From Fidelibacterota bacterium (lineage in GTDB: Bacteria > Fidelibacterota > Marinisomatia > Marinisomatales > TCS56), in contig JBDRBK010000101.1 in the NCBI GenBank assembly GCA_043822705.1, positions 1-16,648 of the forward strand: 16,648 nucleotides of DNA. Reading direction: 5' to 3'. This document shows, one piece after another, positions 15,283-16,648 of this stretch; position 1 is the stretch's first letter; the number at the start of each line of letters is the position of its first letter. The position numbers and the translations under genes were made by a program. Below the pieces are notes generated by a model, which saw nothing but the letters and a program-made list of their open reading frames with translations, had not been told where the DNA came from and ran no database searches.

Positions 15283-15298
15283 GGAGTCCGGCGACTCC
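15283..15298 (+). terminator. Small hairpin after the activator gene (weak terminator candidate)
   Basis: GGAGTC-cggc-GACTCC just after the stop codon. AT-rich sequence follows, but there is no immediate U-tract. Confidence 0.3.
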
Positions 15299-15326
15299 GC
15301 TCGATGTTAATTTATTATTGATTGAT

Positions 15327-15437
15327 CGGAAACCGTTTTCCGGTCCCAAAGCAGTGCCGGAAAATCGGATTTACCCCGGCTCAATTCACCCTCAAGACAA
15401 TTTTTCCAATACTTCACAATTCGTGGAAATTATTTCC
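15327..15437. promoter_or_regulatory. Candidate enhancer palindromes upstream of flgB
   Basis: CGGAAA-ccgt-TTTCCG (15327-15342) and GGAAA-tta-TTTCC (15425-15437), plus an extra CGGAAA half-site at 15358. Confidence 0.45.
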
Positions 15438-15541
15438 CACCGCACACTGTAATTGTTCACTGAAAACTGTCCGGAAACGACCCGCACGGTTCAGTATCGT
15501 ATAACGATAATAGAATAATTTTTAATATCTTATAGTCAATA

Positions 15542-15559
15542 TACCGGCGGCCGCCGGTA
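15542..15559. repeat. Perfect 18-bp palindrome
   Basis: TACCGGCGGCCGCCGGTA is its own reverse complement. Confidence 0.9.
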
Positions 15560-15572
15560 GCACTGTTCGGCA

Positions 15573-15589
15573 TGGCACGGCAATTGAAC
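15573..15589 (+). promoter_or_regulatory. Sigma54 (RpoN)-type promoter of the flgB operon with GA at -12
   Basis: TGGCACG-GCAA-TTGAAC: perfect -24 element, GG(15574-15575)-N10-GA(15586-15587). It sits upstream of flgB and downstream of a sigma54 activator gene. Confidence 0.75.
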
Positions 15590-15603
15590 CGACTGGTTTG
15601 AAC

Positions 15604-15987
15604 ATGAACATTAAACTTTTTACGACCAAATATTCCCAGCTATTGAATAAGGCGCTGGACGTGTACGCCCGGCAGCATAAGGCAATATCCGAGAATGTGG
15701 CCAATGCTTCCGATCCCGGTTTTCAACGGGTCAACACCGATTTTTCCCAATCCCTGCGTCAGGCGGAAGCAGCCCGGTTGAAGCAATCCAGCTTCCGGCA
15801 TATCGGGTCCTCCGGTATCGCCGAGGGTCAGGCCGCTGTCACCGGGAATGGCACCGGTACACCAGTCGATCTGACCCGTGAGATGACAGAACTGGCCGAG
15901 TTGCAGATCAAACATGATCTGGTAACCCGCGCCCTGAACAAGTATTACGCCGGTGTCGGTACGGCTATCACCGGCAGGCAAAGTTAA
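15604..15987 (+). CDS. flgB: Flagellar basal-body rod protein FlgB
   Basis: LLNKALDVYARQHKAISENVANASDPGF and VDLTREMTELAELQI...AITG, directly before flgC. ATG 15604 is preferred over TTG 15598. Confidence 0.9.
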   Translation: MNIKLFTTKYSQLLNKALDVYARQHKAISENVANASDPGFQRVNTDFSQSLRQAEAARLKQSSFRHIGSSGIAEGQAAVTGNGTGTPVDLTREMTELAELQIKHDLVTRALNKYYAGVGTAITGRQS

Positions 15988-15997
15988 GGAGAAAATC

Positions 15998-16495
15998 ATG
16001 GCAGTCGATGGAATCTTCTCAGTCCTGCGCTCAACGCTGAATGGCATGTCCTTCCAGATGCGCAAGATGAACGCCATCTCCGAAAATATCGCCAATGCCG
16101 AACGTTCGCCGGATGCCGACAACCAGTCCTACCGCAAGCAGGTGGTCGTGAAAAACGGTTCAGCGTCCGGGCGGCCCGCCAGTTTCGCCGACCATTTTAA
16201 AATCAGAATGCGCGGTTCCCAGGCCGGGCACCTGGGCGGTAACTCCGCCGTTCGTTCCGAAGGCAGTCGTCGGCAAATGGCCGAACCCGGGTTTGAAGTG
16301 GTGGAAGTTGACGAAACCAAATTGGTTTTTAATCCTGCCCATCCCCAGGCCGATGATAACGGCTATGTGAAAATGCCAAATATCAATGTGGTCGAAGAAA
16401 TGATCGACTTGGTTTCAGCCAGCCGGGCTTACGAGGCCAATATTTCCGTCATGAATGCCGCCAAACAGATGGCCAAACGGGTGCTCAGCATATAG
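15998..16495 (+). CDS. flgC: Flagellar basal-body rod protein FlgC
   Basis: ATG 15998 with SD AAGGAG. Motifs RKMNAISENIANA, YRKQVV and FNPAHPQADDNGYVKMPNINVVEEMIDLVSASRAYEANISVMNAAKQM. Confidence 0.96.
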   Translation: MAVDGIFSVLRSTLNGMSFQMRKMNAISENIANAERSPDADNQSYRKQVVVKNGSASGRPASFADHFKIRMRGSQAGHLGGNSAVRSEGSRRQMAEPGFEVVEVDETKLVFNPAHPQADDNGYVKMPNINVVEEMIDLVSASRAYEANISVMNAAKQMAKRVLSI

Positions 16496-16503
16496 AGGAA
16501 TAG

Positions 16504-16648
16504 ATGAAAGTACTGAATGCAATATCCGATTATACCAAGATTGACAATCTATTCCGGCAACCTGACCGGGTCGATAATTCGGGTCGGCCGCAACCGGCTA
16601 AAACCGAACCGGCTGAAGCCGCCAGGCTTGCTGGTGCATCCTTAGGTG
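16504..16648 (+). CDS. fliE: Probable flagellar hook-basal body protein FliE, N-terminal part (3'-truncated)
   Basis: ATG 16504 follows GAGGA and the frame is open to the window end (MKVLNAISDYTKIDNLFRQPDRVDNSGRPQPAKTEPAEAARLAGASLG). The identity is inferred only from the usual flgB-flgC-fliE order; the conserved C-terminus is not visible. Confidence 0.5.
   Translation, partial: MKVLNAISDYTKIDNLFRQPDRVDNSGRPQPAKTEPAEAARLAGASLG

Noticed and set aside
15953..15997. Longer N-terminus for flgC
   Set aside because: It overlaps flgB, and ATG 15998 has the SD AAGGAG.
16592..16615. Short AACCGGCT direct repeat
   Set aside because: It encodes a low-complexity linker (QPAKTEPAEA) and is not an array or mobile-element end.

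Overview
This is a bacterial chemotaxis and flagellar locus with all genes on the + strand. Gene order: cheW (5'-truncated), intrinsic terminator, sigma54-type promoter, cheW, REC-less cheB, N-terminally truncated cheR, HEAT-repeat protein, HDOD protein, cheR, cheY, cheA (two Hpt domains, no P2), cheB, cheY, cheZ-like gene, small CxCG protein, DUF342/FapA, REC-GAF-degenerate-GGDEF protein, sigma54-dependent response regulator (GAFTNA variant), second sigma54-type promoter, flgB, flgC and the start of a probable fliE. Five points stand out. (1) Both sigma54-like promoters carry the same non-canonical -12 element (AATTGAAC, GA instead of GC), and both have upstream GGAAA-N3-TTTCC palindromes, which suggests a regulon of the adjacent GAFTNA activator. 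(2) A second, stripped-down methylation pair (CheB with an unknown N-terminal domain, headless CheR with altered motifs) sits with HEAT and HDOD genes. (3) CheA has tandem Hpt domains. (4) There is an uncharacterised CxCG protein. (5) There is a probably catalytically dead GGDEF response regulator. No chemoreceptor, classical sensor kinase, RNA gene, mobile element or CRISPR array is visible. All protein calls come from motif recognition by eye; no searches were run.
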